DNA of 64,000 nucleotides from Macrostomum lignano (GCA_002269645.1 NIVC01002138.1:62001-126000); one strand, 5' to 3'; counted from the stretch's first letter, positions 38,282 through 53,112 are shown. The notes: generated by a model from the letters alone, not told the origin. Made by a program: numbers and translations.

Positions 38282-38950
38282 CACCACCAGCGCTTGCTGC
38301 TCATCCTCGTCTTCGCCTTCCTCTTCAGCGATAGACTGGCTTCGCTGTCGTCTAGAAGCCGACCGAGCTTGCTGCAGCCGCTGTCTCTGGTGGCCCATAA
38401 AATTGCGCAAATCTTCGCGCAGTGTAGCCAGCCTGTTACCGGGGCCCACTGTTGTCGAGGAAGGTGATGAAGGCGGCGACGGCACTGGCACCTCCTCGCT
38501 TTTAGTTCGCCGCCTGCGTCGGCGTATAAGCAGGCCGGATGTGGCTGCCTGCAGAGGCTCCAGCAGTCGACGCGGCTGGGCAGGTGGCGGAGACGAGGCG
38601 GCCGCTGAGATGCCACTATCAGCGGAGGGATGTGAGCAGTGAGCGGAGCTGGGGCCAGTCTGAGTCTGCGACAGCGGCGTCAAAGGCAGATCAGAAAACA
38701 CGCTGTCGTCACATTCGCCGCATTGATTGTTGCTGTTGCAGCTGTGAGGCGATTCCGGCTGATGCTGGCCGCCCCTGTCTAGCGATGATGAAGCTGTCTC
38801 TTGATCTTCGAACGGTGGCGATTGTAGCGGTGCCATTGGTGGCAATTTGGCCAGTTCACTGTCAATCTCTTCTTGTCTTTCAAGTCCGAGGCCCACTCTG
38901 TACTGGGACTGGTAGTTATCGTCTTGATCTGCCGAATGATGACGCTGCAT
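38282..38950 (-). CDS. Probable first coding exon of long AMPK gamma isoform (low-complexity, disordered)
   Basis: 223 codons from ATG to a phase-0 GTG|GTGAGT donor; Ser/Pro/Gln-rich with RRRTKS and RQRSQS. Phase is compatible with the 31170 exon. Assignment to AMPK gamma is inferred from position, strand and phase only. Confidence 0.5.
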
Positions 38951-40383
38951 TTTTCTAATTTGTTTTAGCGCATACTTTAGTGATAGACAGAACCTTGGAA
39001 TTTTGGAAAGTGGGAAATAGATAATAGACTGCTATAAATAGGACTCGGGGAACTGCTGGTTGACGAAGGAAAGGGGGCCTGGGAAGGAATTCCGTGCACT
39101 AAGGTCGTAAATAGTTAAATTGAACGAAACAAATTGGGCCTTAAATGTACATATTGGTTCTTAGATGGACCTCTTAGCATTTGTACATTAGCCAATTTGG
39201 GGTGGTTAAGGTTTGGGGGGACTGGGACAGACAGACGGGGGGTTGAGTTTTAACTGTGGAGTTTAATTTTGAAAGAGAGAAGGTGGGTTTGGAATCAGCC
39301 AATGGCAGGCGGTCCTTTTCGCTTTAAGCCCCAACCCCCAATCCTGATAAGGAAAATGACAAACGAGACGAGGACTTATTACATTACATGTACAGTTAAG
39401 TAAGCTTTAAAATCTTAAGTACGACTAGAATATAATTATATAATAAACAACATTGAATGCCATTTTAACTGAACCAATAACTGATCTGATATAATACTTT
39501 TTTCTTTTATCAAATACAGCAAAAAAGACTCGATTAGAGAAGACTTTGTTTAGTCCCTCTCTCACAGTCTCGGCTAACCTGGGGACAAAGGTGGTTTATT
39601 CGTTCTTTTCGTGTTTCTACTGCCACTAGCATTGTCGCTTTTCTCTGGTGGGTTTGTGCATGCTTCAACTGCAAGGTTCGCTGGGTTTTTTCCTTCTTGA
39701 CCTCCAGCAGTCCATATTATCCATGTATGCAGTTTTAGCCATGTACATTCCTATAACAGGAAAAGAAATAAAAAAATCAGGACGTTAGTTATTGCTTTAC
39801 TCTTTTACAGTACACAGTGAACTTTTCGGTGGTCGTGTTTTCCATCTTGCATGTATCAATTATCAACTAAGCCAACTGGCTCTGGTCGTTTGGCTTGGTT
39901 TGCGAAATGTCCCATTGCAAAACAATGAATTATTCATAATGTTATGTGTTTATTATGTTATGTGCCGCAGCTGCGCATCACTTTATTGCTAACAAGTTTA
40001 ATCCTTAATTGCTTTTTCCTACAGTCCCTGAAAGCCTGATAAAATCAACCTTCACGTGTCACTCACTGAAAGTACAAATAAACATGAGCAACTAGTTACG
40101 AAATAAAGCATAGAAATATTTGAAAAAGCAAGTTAACTTTTTCTTGTCAAAAAAGATACATAAATTTTTGCTGTATTTAAAAGAACTAAAACTTATAACA
40201 GGGTATTTGCGATTGTATAAGCTCTAATTTATTTAGTTCTCGGAATCAGGGCTTCCACAATGGAGGAAAAGCATAGTTAGTTTCGATTTGAAATGCGTTT
40301 TGCTACATGCATTTTAACACCCTGTAAAACCGCGTTATACGTTAGCACTCTTAATATAGCTTGTAAACACCTATACTTCTGCA

Positions 40384-43300
40384 TCCTAAAACATCAATTT
40401 AAAAACCCTAAAACACCGATTTAAGAACCCTAAAACATTTTTGAAAACCCTAAAACACCAATTTAAGAACCCTAAAACACCAATTTAAGAACCCTAAAAC
40501 ACCAATTTAAGAACCCTAAAACACCAATTTAAGAACCCTAAAACACCAATTTAAGAACCCTAAAACACCGATTTAAGAACCCTAAAACATTTTTGAAAAC
40601 CCTAAAACACCAATTTAAGAACCCTAAAACACCAATTTAAGAACCCTAAAACACCAATTTAAGAACCCTAAAACACCTATTTAAGAACCCTAAAACACCT
40701 ATTTAAGAACCCTAAAACACCAATTTAAGAACCCTAACACACCAATTTAAGAACCCTAACACACCAATTTAAGAACCCCAACACACCAATTTAAGAACCC
40801 TAAAACACCAATTTAAGAACCCTAACACACCAATTTAAGAACCCTAACACACCAATTTAAGAACCCCAACACACCAATTTAAGAACCCTAAAACACCTAT
40901 TTAAGAACCCTAAAACACCTATTTAAGAACCCTAAAACACCAATTTAAGAACCCTAAAACACCAATTTAAGAACCCTAACACACCAATTTAAGAACCCCA
41001 ACACACCAATTTAAGAACCCTAACACACCAATTTAAGAACCCTAACACACCAACTTAAGAACCCTAAAACACCAATTTAAGAACCCTAACACACCAATTT
41101 AAGAACCTAACACACCTATTTAAGAACCCTAACACACCAATTTAAGAACCCTAAAACACCTATTTAAGAACCCTAACACACCAATTTAAGAACCCTAACA
41201 CACCTATTTAAGAATCCTAAAACATCAATTTAAAAACCCTAAAACACTGATTTAGGAAACCCTAAAACATTTTTGAAAACCCTAAAACACCAACTTAAGA
41301 ACCCTAACACACCAACTTAAGAACCCTAAAACACCTATTTAAGAACCCTAAAACATTTTTGAAAACCCTAAAACACCAATTTAAGAACCCTAAAACATTT
41401 TTGAAAACCCTAAAACATCAACTTAAGAACCCTAACACACCAACTTAAGAACCCTAAAACACCAATTTAAGAACCCTAAAACACCAATTTAAGAACCCTA
41501 AAACACCTATTTAAGAACCCTAAAACACCTATTTAAGAACCCTAAAACACCTATTTAAGAACCCTAACACACCAATTAAGGAGCCCTAAAACACCAATTT
41601 AAGAACCCTAACACACCAATTTAAGAACCCTAAAACACCAATTTAAGAACCCTAACACACCAATTTAAGAACCCTAAAACACCAATTTAAGAACCCTAAC
41701 ACACCAATTTAAGAACCCTAAAACACCTATTTAAGAACCCTAAAACACCAATTTAAGAACCCTAACACACCAATTTAAGAACCCTAACACACCAATTTAA
41801 GAACCCTAACACACCAATTTAAGAACCCTAAAACACCTATTTAAGAACCCTAAAACACCAATTTAAGAACCCTAACACACCAATTTAAGAACCCTAACAC
41901 ACCAATTTAAGAACCCTAAAACACCTATTTAAGAACCCTAAAACACCAATTCAAGAACCCTAAAACACCAATTTAAGAAACCTAACACACCAATTTAAGA
42001 ACCCTAAAACACCAATTTAAGAACCCCAAAACACCTATTTAAGAACCCTAAAACACCAATTTAAGAACCCTAAAACACCTATTTAAGAACCCTAACACAC
42101 CAATTTAAGAACCCTAACACACCAATTTAAGAACCCTAAAACACCTATTTAAGAACCCTAAAACACCTATTTAAGAACCCTAAAACACCTATTTAAGAAC
42201 CCTAACACACCAATTTAAGAACCCTAACACACCAATTTAAGAACCCTAAAACACCTATTTAAGAACCCTAAAACACCTATTTAAGAACCCTAAAACACCT
42301 ATTTAAGAACCCTAACACACCAATTTAAGAACCCTAACACACCAATTTAAGAACCCTAAAACACCAATTTAAGAACCCTAACACACCAATTTAAGAACCC
42401 TAAAACACCTATTTAAGAACCCTAAAACACCTATTTAAGAACCCTAAAACACCTATTTAAGAACCCTAAAACACCTATTTAAGAACCCTAACACACCAAT
42501 TTAAGAACCCTAAAACACCTATTTAAGAACCCTAACACACCAACTTAAGAACCCTAAAACACCAATTTAAGAACCCTAACACACCAATTTAAGAACCCTA
42601 AAACACCTATTTAAGAACCCTAACACACCAATTTAAGAACCCTAAAACACCAATTTAAGAACCCTAACACACCAATTTAAGAACCCTAACACACCAATTT
42701 AAGAACCCTAAAACACCAATTTAAGAACCCCAAAACACCTATTTAAGAACCCTAAAACACCAATTTAAGAACCCTAAAACACCAATTTAAGAACCCTAAA
42801 ACACCTATTTAAGAACCCTAAAACACCGATTTAAGAACCCTAAAACATTTTTGAAAACCCTAAAACACCAATTTAAGAACCCTAAAACACCAATTTAAGA
42901 ACCCTAAAACACCAATTTAAGAACCCTAAAACACCTATTTAAGAACCCTAAAACACCTATTTAAGAACCCTAAAACACCAATTTAAGAACCCTAACACAC
43001 CAATTTAAGAACCCTAACACACCAATTTAAGAACCCCAACACACCAATTTAAGAACCCTAACACACCAATTTAAGAACCCCAACACACCAATTTAAGAAC
43101 CCTAAAACACCTATTTAAGAACCCTAAAACACCTATTTAAGAACCCTAAAACACCAATTTAAGAACCCTAAAACACCAATTTAAGAACCCTAACACACCA
43201 ATTTAAGAACCCAACACACCAATTTAAGAACCCTAACACACCAATTTAAGAACCCTAACACACCAACTTAAGAACCCTAAAACACCAATTTAAGAACCCT

Positions 43301-46300
43301 AACACACCAATTTAAGAACCCTAACACACCTATTTAAGAACCCTAACACACCAATTTAAGAACCCTAAAACACCTATTTAAGAACCCTAACACACCAATT
43401 TAAGAACCCTAACACACCTATTTAAGAACCTAAAACATCAATTTAAAAACCCTAAAACACTGATTTAGGAAACCCTAAAACATTTTTGAAAACCCTAAAA
43501 CACCAACTTAAGAACCCTAACACACCAACTTAAGAACCCTAAAACACCTATTTAAGAACCCTAAAACATTTTTGAAAACCCTAAAACACCAATTTAAGAA
43601 CCCTAAAACATTTTTGAAAACCCTAAAACATCAACTTAAGAACCCTAACACACCAACTTAAGAACCCTAAAACACCAATTTAAGAACCCTAAAACACCAA
43701 TTTAAGAACCCTAAAACACCTATTTAAGAACCCTAAAACACCTATTTAAGAACCCTAAAACACCTATTTAAGAACCCTAACACACCAATTTAAGAACCCT
43801 AAAACACCAATTTAAGAACCCTAACACACCAATTTAAGAACCCTAACACACCAATTTAAGAACCCTAAAACACCAATTTAAGAACCCTAACACACCAATT
43901 TAAGAACCCTAACACACCAATTTAAGAACCCTAACACACCAATTTAAGAACCCTAACACACCAATTTAAGAACCCTAACACACCAATTTAAGAACCCTAA
44001 CACACCAATTTAAGAACCCTAACACACCAATTTAAGAACCCTAACACACCAATTTAAGAACCCTAACACACCAATTTAAGAACCCTAACACACCAATTTA
44101 AGAACCCTAACACACCAATTTAAGAACCCTAACACACCAATTTAAGAACCTAACACACCAATTTAAGAACCCTAACACACCAATTTAAGAACCCTAACAC
44201 ACCAATTTAAGAACCCTAAAACACCAATTTAAGAACCCTAACACACCAATTTAAGAACCCTAAAACACCTATTTAAGAACCCTAACACACCAATTTAGAA
44301 CCCTAACACACCAATTTAAGAACCCTAACACACCAATTTAAGAACCCTAAAACACCTATTTAAGAACCCTAAAACACCAATTTAAGAACCCTAACACACC
44401 AATTTAAGAACCCTAACACACCAATTTAAGAACCCTAAAACACCAATTTAAGAACCCTAACACACCAATTTAAGAACCCTAAAACACCTATTTAAGAACC
44501 CTAAAACACCAATTCAAGAACCCTAAAACACCAATTTAAGAACCCTAAAACACCTATTTAAGAACCCTAAAACACCGATTTAAGAACCCTAAAACATTTT
44601 TGAAAACCCTAAAACACCTATTTAAGAACCCTAAAACATTTTTGAAAACCCTAAAACACCAATTTAAGAACCCTAAAACATTTTTGAAAACCCTAAAACA
44701 TCAACTTAAGAACCCTAACACACCAACTTAAGAACCCTAAAACACCAATTTAAGAACCCTAAAACACCAATTTAAGAACCCTAAAACACCTATTTAAGAA
44801 CCCTAAAACACCTATTTAAGAACCCTAAAACACCTATTTAAGAACCCTAACACACCAATTTAAGAGCCCTAAAACACCAATTTAAGAACCCTAACACACC
44901 AATTTAAGAACCCTAAAACACCAATTTAAGAACCCTAACACACCAATTTAAGAACCCTAAAACACCAATTTAAGAACCCTAACACACCAATTTAAGAACC
45001 CTAAAACACCTATTTAAGAACCCTAAAACACCAATTTAAGAACCCTAACACACCAATTTAAGAACCCTAACACACCAATTTAAGAACCCTAACACACCAA
45101 TTTAAGAACCCTAAAACACCTATTTAAGAACCCTAAAACACCAATTTAAGAACCCTAACACACCAATTTAAGAACCCTAACACACCAATTTAAGAACCCT
45201 AAAACACCTATTTAAGAACCCTAAAACACCAATTCAAGAACCCTAAAACACCAATTTAAGAACCTAACACACCAATTTAAGAACCCTAAAACACCAATTT
45301 AAGAACCCAAAACACCTATTTAAGAACCCTAAAACACCAATTTAAGAACCCTAAAACACCTATTTAAGAACCCTAACACACCAATTTAAGAACCCTAACA
45401 CACCAATTTAAGAACCCTAAAACACCTATTTAAGAACCCTAAAACACCTATTTAAGAACCCTAAAACACCTATTTAAGAACCCTAACACACCAATTTAAG
45501 AACCCTAACACACCAATTTAAGAACCCTAAAACACCTATTTAAGAACCCTAAAACACCTATTTAAGAACCCTAAAACACCTATTTAAGAACCCTAACACA
45601 CCAATTTAAGAACCCTAACACACCAATTTAAGAACCCTAAAACACCAATTTAAGAACCCTAACACACCAATTTAAGAACCCTAAAACACCTATTTAAGAA
45701 CCCTAAAACACCTATTTAAGAACCCTAAAACACCTATTTAAGAACCCTAAAACACCTATTTAAGAACCCTAACACACCAATTTAAGAACCCTAAAACACC
45801 TATTTAAGAACCCTAACACACCAACTTAAGAACCCTAAAACACCAATTTAAGAACCCTAACACACCAATTTAAGAACCCTAAAACACCTATTTAAGAACC
45901 CTAACACACCAATTTAAGAACCCTAAAACACCAATTTAAGAACCCTAACACACCAATTTAAGAACCCTAACACACCAATTTAAGAACCCTAAAACACCAA
46001 TTTAAGAACCCCAAAACACCTATTTAAGAACCCTAAAACACCAATTCAAGAACCCTAAAACACCAATTTAAGAACCCTAAAACACCTATTTAAGAACCCT
46101 AAAACACCGATTTAAGAACCCTAAAACATTTTTGAAAACCCTAAAACACCAATTTAAGAACCCTAAAACACCAATTTAAGAACCCTAAAACACCAATTTA
46201 AGAACCCTAAAACACCTATTTAAGAACCCTAAAACACCTATTTAAGAACCCTAAAACACCAATTTAAGAACCCTAACACACCAATTTAAGAACCCTAACA

Positions 46301-49300
46301 CACCAATTTAAGAACCCCAACACACCAATTTAAGAACCCTAACACACCAATTTAAGAACCCTAACACACCAACTTAAGAACCCTAAAACACCAATTTAAG
46401 AACCCTAACACACCAATTTAAGAACCCTAACACACCTATTTAAGAACCCTAACACACCAATTTAAGAACCCTAAAACACCTATTTAAGAACCCTAACACA
46501 CCAATTTAAGAACCCTAACACACCTATTTAAGAATCCTAAAACATCAATTTAAAAACCCTAAAACACTGATTTAGGAAACCCTAAAACATTTTTGAAAAC
46601 CCTAAAACACCAACTTAAGAACCCTAACACACCAACTTAAGAACCCTAAAACACCTATTTAAGAACCCTAAAACATTTTTGAAAACCCTAAAACACCAAT
46701 TTAAGAACCCTAAAACATTTTTGAAAACCCTAAAACATCAACTTAAGAACCCTAACACACCAACTTAAGAACCCTAAAACACCAATTTAAGAACCCTAAA
46801 ACACCAATTTAAGAACCCTAAAACACCTATTTAAGAACCCTAAAACACCTATTTAAGAACCCTAAAACACCTATTTAAGAACCCTAACACACCAATTTAA
46901 GAACCCTAAAACACCAATTTAAGAGCCCTAACACACCAATTTAAGAACCCTAACACACCAATTTAAGAACCCTAAAACACCAATTTAAGAACCCTAACAC
47001 ACCAATTTAAGAACCCTAACACACCAATTTAAGAACCCTAACACACCAATTTAAGAACCCTAACACACCAATTTAAGAACCCTAACACACCAATTTAAGA
47101 ACCCTAACACACCAATTTAAGAACCCTAACACACCAATTTAAGAACCCTAACACACCAATTTAAGAACCCTAACACACCAATTTAAGAACCCTAACACAC
47201 CAATTTAAGAACCCTAACACACCAATTTAAGAACCCTAACACACCAATTTAAGAACTCTAACACACCAATTTAAGAACCCTAACACACCAATTTAAGAAC
47301 CCTAACACACCAACTTAAGAACCCTAAAACACCAATTTAAGAACCCTAACACACCAATTTAAGAACCCTAAAACACCTATTTAAGAACCCTAACACACCA
47401 ATTTAAGAACCCTAACACACCAATTTAAGAACCCTAACACACCAATTTAAGAACCCTAAAACACCTATTTAAGAACCCTAAAACACCAATTTAAGAACCC
47501 TAACACACCAATTTAAGAACCCTAACACACCAATTTAAGAACCCTAAAACACCAATTTAAGAACCCTAACACACCAATTTAAGAACCCTAAAACACCTAT
47601 TTAAGAACCCTAAAACACCAATTCAAGAACCCTAAAACACCAATTTAAGAACCCTAAAACACCTATTTAAGAACCCTAAAACACCGATTTAAGAACCCTA
47701 AAACATTTTTGAAAACCCTAAAACACCAATTTAAGAACCCTAAAACACCAATTTAAGAACCCTAAAACACCAATTTAAGAACCCTAAAACACCTATTTAA
47801 GAACCCTAAAACACCTATTTAAGAACCCTAAAACACCAATTTAAGAACCCTAACACACCAATTTAAGAACCCTAACACACCAATTTAAGAACCCCAACAC
47901 ACCAATTTAAGAACCCTAAAACACCAATTTAAGAACCCTAACACACCAATTTAAGAACCCTAACACACCAATTTAAGAACCCCAACACACCAATTTAAGA
48001 ACCCTAAAACACCTATTTAAGAACCCTAAAACACCTATTTAAGAACCCTAAAACACCAATTTAAGAACCCTAAAACACCAATTTAAGAACCCTAACACAC
48101 CAATTTAAGAACCCCAACACACCAATTTAAGAACCCTAACACACCAATTTAAGAACCCTAACACACCAACTTAAGAACCCTAAAACACCAATTTAAGAAC
48201 CCTAACACACCAATTTAAGAACCCTAACACACCTATTTAAGAACCCTAACACACCAATTTAAGAACCCTAAAACACCTATTTAAGAACCCTAACACACCA
48301 ATTTAAGAACCCTAACACACCTATTTAAGAATCCTAAAACATCAATTTAAAAACCCTAAAACACTGATTTAGGAAACCCTAAAACATTTTTGAAAACCCT
48401 AAAACACCAACTTAAGAACCCTAACACACCAACTTAAGAACCCTAAAACACCTATTTAAGAACCCTAAAACATTTTTGAAAACCCTAAAACACCAATTTA
48501 AGAACCCTAAAACATTTTTGAAAACCCTAAAACATCAACTTAAGAACCCTAACACACCAACTTAGGAACCCTAAAACACCAATTTAAGAACCCTAAAACA
48601 CCAATTTAAGAACCCTAAAACACCTATTTAAGAACCCTAAAACACCTATTTAAGAACCCTAAAACACCTATTTAAGAACCCTAACACACCAATTTAAGAA
48701 CCCTAAAACACCAATTTAAGAGCCCTAACACACCAATTTAAGAACCCTAACACACCAATTTAAGAACCCTAAAACACCAATTTAAGAACCCTAACACACC
48801 AATTTAAGAACCCTAACACACCAATTTAAGAACCCTAACACACCAATTTAAGAACCCTAACACACCAATTTAAGAACCCTAACACACCAATTTAAGAACC
48901 CTAACACACCAATTTAAGAACCCTAACACACCAATTTAAGAACCCTAACACACCAATTTAAGAACCCTAACACACCAATTTAAGAACCCTAACACACCAA
49001 TTTAAGAACCCTAACACACCAATTTAAGAACCCTAACACACCAATTTAAGAACCCTAACACACCAATTTAAGAACCCTAACACACCAATTTAAGAACCCT
49101 AACACACCAACTTAAGAACCCTAAAACACCAATTTAAGAACCCTAACACACCAATTTAAGAACCCTAAAACACCTATTTAAGAACCCTAACACACCAATT
49201 TAAGAACCCTAACACACCAATTTAAGAACCCTAACACACCAATTTAAGAACCCTAAAACACCTATTTAAGAACCCTAAAACACCAATTTAAGAACCCTAA

Positions 49301-50980
49301 CACACCAATTTAAGAACCCTAACACACCAATTTAAGAACCCTAAAACACCTATTTAAGAACCCTAAAACACCAATTCAAGAACCCTAAAACACCAATTTA
49401 AGAAACCTAACACACCAATTTAAGAACCCTAAAACACCAATTTAAGAACCCCAAAACAACTATTTAAGAACCCTAAAACACCAATTTAAGAACCCTAAAA
49501 CACCTATTTAAGAACCCTAACACACCAATTTAAGAACCCTAACACACCAATTTAAGAACCCTAAAACACCTATTTAAGAACCCTAAAACACCTATTTAAG
49601 AACCCTAAAACACCTATTTAAGAACCCTAACACACCAACTTAAGAACCCTAACACACCAATTTAAGAACCCTAAAACACCTATTTAAGAACCCTAAAACA
49701 CCTATTTAAGAACCCTAAAACACCTATTTAAGAACCCTAACACACCAATTTAAGAACCCTAACACACCAATTTAAGAACCCTAAAACACCAATTTAAGAA
49801 CCCTAACACACCAATTTAAGAACCCTAAAACACCTATTTAAGAACCCTAAAACACCTATTTAAGAACCCTAAAACACCTATTTAAGAACCCTAAAACACC
49901 TATTTAAGAACCCTAACACACCAATTTAAGAACCCTAACACACCAATTTAAGAACCCTAACACACCAATTTAAGAACCCTAACACACCAATTTAAGAACC
50001 CTAAAACACCAATTTAAGAACCCTAACACACCAATTTAAGAACCCTAACACACCAATTTAAGAACCCTAAAACACCAATTTAAGAACCCCAAAACACCTA
50101 TTTAAGAACCCTAAAACACCAATTCAAGAACCCTAAAACACCAATTTAAGAACCCTAAAACACCTATTTAAGAACCCTAAAACACCAATTTAAGAACCCT
50201 AAAACACCAATTTAAGAACCCCAAAACACCTATTTAAGAACCCTAAAACACCAATTCAAGAACCCTAAAACACCAATTTAAGAACCCTAACACACCAATT
50301 TAAGAACCCTAAAACACCTATTTAAGAACCCTAAAACACCTATTTAAGAACCCTAAAACACCAATTCAAGAACCCTAACACACCTATTTAAGAACCCTAA
50401 AACACCTATTTAAGAACCCTAAAACACCAATTTAAGAACCCTAACACACCAATTTAAGAACCCTAAAACACCAATTTAAGAACCCCAAAACACCTATTTA
50501 AGAACCCTAAAACACCAATTCAAGAACCCTAAAACACCAATTTAAGAACCCTAAAACACCTATTTAAGAACCCTAAAACACCAATTTAAGAACCCTAAAA
50601 CACCAATTTAAGAACCCCAAAACACCTATTTAAGAACCCTAAAACACCAATTCAAGAACCCTAAAACACCAATTTAAGAACCCTAACACACCAATTTAAG
50701 AACCCTAAAACACCTATTTAAGAACCCTAAAACACCAATTTAAGAACCCTAAAACACCAATTCAAGAACCCTAACACACCTATTTAAGAACCCTAAAACA
50801 CCTATTTAAGAACCCTAAAACACCAATTTAAGAAACCTAACACACCAATTTAAGAACCCTAAAACACCAATTTAAGAACCCCAAAACACCTATTTAAGAA
50901 CCCTAAAACACCAATTCAAGAACCCTAAAACACCAATTTAAGAACACTAAAACATTTTTGAAAACCCTAAAACACCTATT
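40384..50980 (+). repeat. 10.6-kb macrosatellite of a 22-bp unit (AAGAACCCTAAAACACCAATTT)n containing CCCTAA
   Basis: Direct reading; about 480 units by length, with recurrent point variants and kb-scale duplications. Confidence 0.98.
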
Positions 50981-51138
50981 CGACACCTCGAACACCAGAT
51001 GCTCTGAAGACCCATTTTGGCACCCCTGACATCATTGACCAACTCAGCAATCCAAGCATAAAATGAATCCAAAGTACTCGTACATGTATATAGAAAAGAC
51101 AATGGGCAATGGCCATGGATGCGAAACATTGCCTTCAG

Positions 51139-51202
51139 TCAGTGCCGGGTCTCCCAGCTCGCGCCAGCCGCTTCATCTGTTGGTTCTATGTCAAGCAGAG
51201 AA
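51139..51202 (-). CDS. LRRC74: LRRC74-like protein, exon 9 (terminal)
   Basis: Acceptor TTTTTCAG|T in phase 2 matches the AG|GTAAAA donor at 51464. Encodes SLLDIEPTDEAAGASWETRH then TGA. Confidence 0.6.
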
Positions 51203-51463
51203 CTGAAAAATGAATAATAAGTAATTATCTGTTGAAGACTGTCGAACTGGAATAAAGTGGCACGCCAAAACTACGAAGCAGTTATTGGAGGAAGGCCCAA
51301 TTTGGTCTGAGAATGTTTAGAATAATCGATGAGGAGCGTATTGAAGGAATGACTGTGAGTCCCATCTCAAATTAGTGCAGGGAATACGAGTGCACGAGAG
51401 TAATAATTGAATGTTACTGACCTGACCGTCAATATAAATTTGAGTCCCAAACTGACTTTTTAC

Positions 51464-51894
51464 CTGATTGACGAGCTGTCCAAGCCAGTAGCGGCACTAG
51501 CAACGTCTTCTGTATCGTCGCCAGCTCGCGTCCGACCAATGAGGCAGCCAGCAGCGGCCTCCCGGGACAACAGACGCACCGGCAGTAGCAGCAGTCGCGC
51601 CCGATCGCCGCTGAGGCCACCAGCTGAACGCAGCAGTCGGAGCATTCGAAAGCTCTGCGACCGGGCGATCACCTGCAGCACCTGGGTTGCGTCGGCTTGA
51701 AGCCGCTGTTGCAGCTGCAGGCTTGAACAGCCGCCAGTCGCCGCTGCCGCCGCTTTGCCGACGGGGACTCGCGAATTCGTCTGGCCAGCCGGGAGGGCAC
51801 CCGGGCTCAGGCTGAGGGATTCGAACTTCAGACGTAGATCGGGCCGTACAGAAGGTAGAGCGGCTGCCACAGTTCGGTAGGTGATGCTCACATT
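51464..51894 (-). CDS. LRRC74: LRRC74-like protein, exon 8
   Basis: Acceptor CTCCGCAG|AAT, phase 0. Encodes NVSITYRTVAAALPSVRPDLRLKF..., at the position of LRRC74 NVLVSEQF...HPQLDVVF. May alternatively end at TAA 51460. Confidence 0.75.
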
Positions 51895-52742
51895 CTGCGG
51901 AGCAGTTAGGCTTAAGACTCAGCCTATATGGCAATACTGCAGATCGATCGATCGATTGATTGATTGAATTGAATTTTTAAGCACCTATAGACTCCCGAAG
52001 AAGCGAATCCATGAGCCTCATCTGAGGTTGATGCCAAATGTTACTCGTAATCGCTTTTGATTTCGAAAAAGTTCTACGAGGTACTACTGAGGGACAGTTC
52101 GTCCTATCCCTCCAGCTCTAATGTACTTTTGCACAGATTTTTTTCGGCCAATTGTTCTTAGTCCCAAAATTGTGTCTGCGAAAAAACCTTAATTGATTCA
52201 ACGCATATTGCATAAAAATCGATATATAAATTTTACTAAATTTTCTTGTTTGCGATCTTTGCTACAATATTGTTTCAAAGATATATCAAAAATATAAAAA
52301 ATCATTCCGATTTCATACGTATGTGTTAGAAATGCAGTTAAAACAAGTGCCATATACTCGTATATCAGGGGCGTAAGACTGTCGAGCAGGGGCCAATTGA
52401 AAAAAGTAAGCTCTTTTGGGACGTCCGGTATATCAGAGCTGAGGCTTGATATTAATATCTGATCATCTGAAAGCGTTGATTTCATTAGACATTCGTACCC
52501 GCGATGGGAACTAGCTCGCATTTTAATTTGTGCTCCGTACTTTGCAGGACATCAATCTTCAGGAAGTTGCTTAAATTTTAACGCTTACATGCTTACTTAA
52601 CTACTAATAGACGGTAAGTAGGCATGTAAGATTTGTCGCATGAAATTGTCGCAAATAACCACGAGTAAACTAACTGATAAATCTGATAGCATTGTTATAA
52701 AACGCAGAAGTTTAACGGGTAATGTCTGGTTAAAATCCAGAC

Positions 52743-52838
52743 CTTCATGTCCAGCAGCTTCAGCGCTGAACTGTCGTTGTTCATTAGCATCGCTAAGATC
52801 TCCTCGGCCCCCTGAGACGTGAACGAGTTCTGGTCCAA
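52743..52838 (-). CDS. LRRC74: LRRC74-like protein, exon 7
   Basis: CTTTCAG|TTG ... AAG|GTCTGG; encodes LDQNSFTSQGAEEILAMLMNNDSSALKLLDMK. Confidence 0.82.
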
Positions 52839-52917
52839 CTGAAAGAAGTAAGTGTTTTATGCCAGTGTTTAAGAAATGCTTAGCGACGAACGAATCGTCA
52901 AATCGGCTAAAACCCAC

Positions 52918-53112
52918 AAATAGTTCCTGGAGGCAGCAATTGACTGACAGCATTTCGCCCAGCGCCTTGGCGCCCTCCAAGAAGATTCTATTCGACGACA
53001 GGTTCAGCGACTTCAACGAGCGATTGGCGCGAAGTCCGCTGGCCAACGCCGCGGTGCCGTCGTCAGCGAATCCGTTGCAACTGAGGTCGAGCCACTGGAG
53101 ACTGGCGTTTGT
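52918..53112 (-). CDS. LRRC74: LRRC74-like protein, exon 6 (RI-type LRRs)
   Basis: ATTCAG|ACA ... TTT|GTGGGT; encodes TNASLQWLDLSCNGFADDGTAALASGLRANRSLKSLNLSSNRIFLEGAKALGEMLSVNCCLQELF. Confidence 0.9.

Noticed and set aside
40384-50980. True telomere or chromosome end
   Set aside because: The unit is 22 bp rather than pure (TTAGGG)n, and unique gene-bearing sequence lies on both sides.
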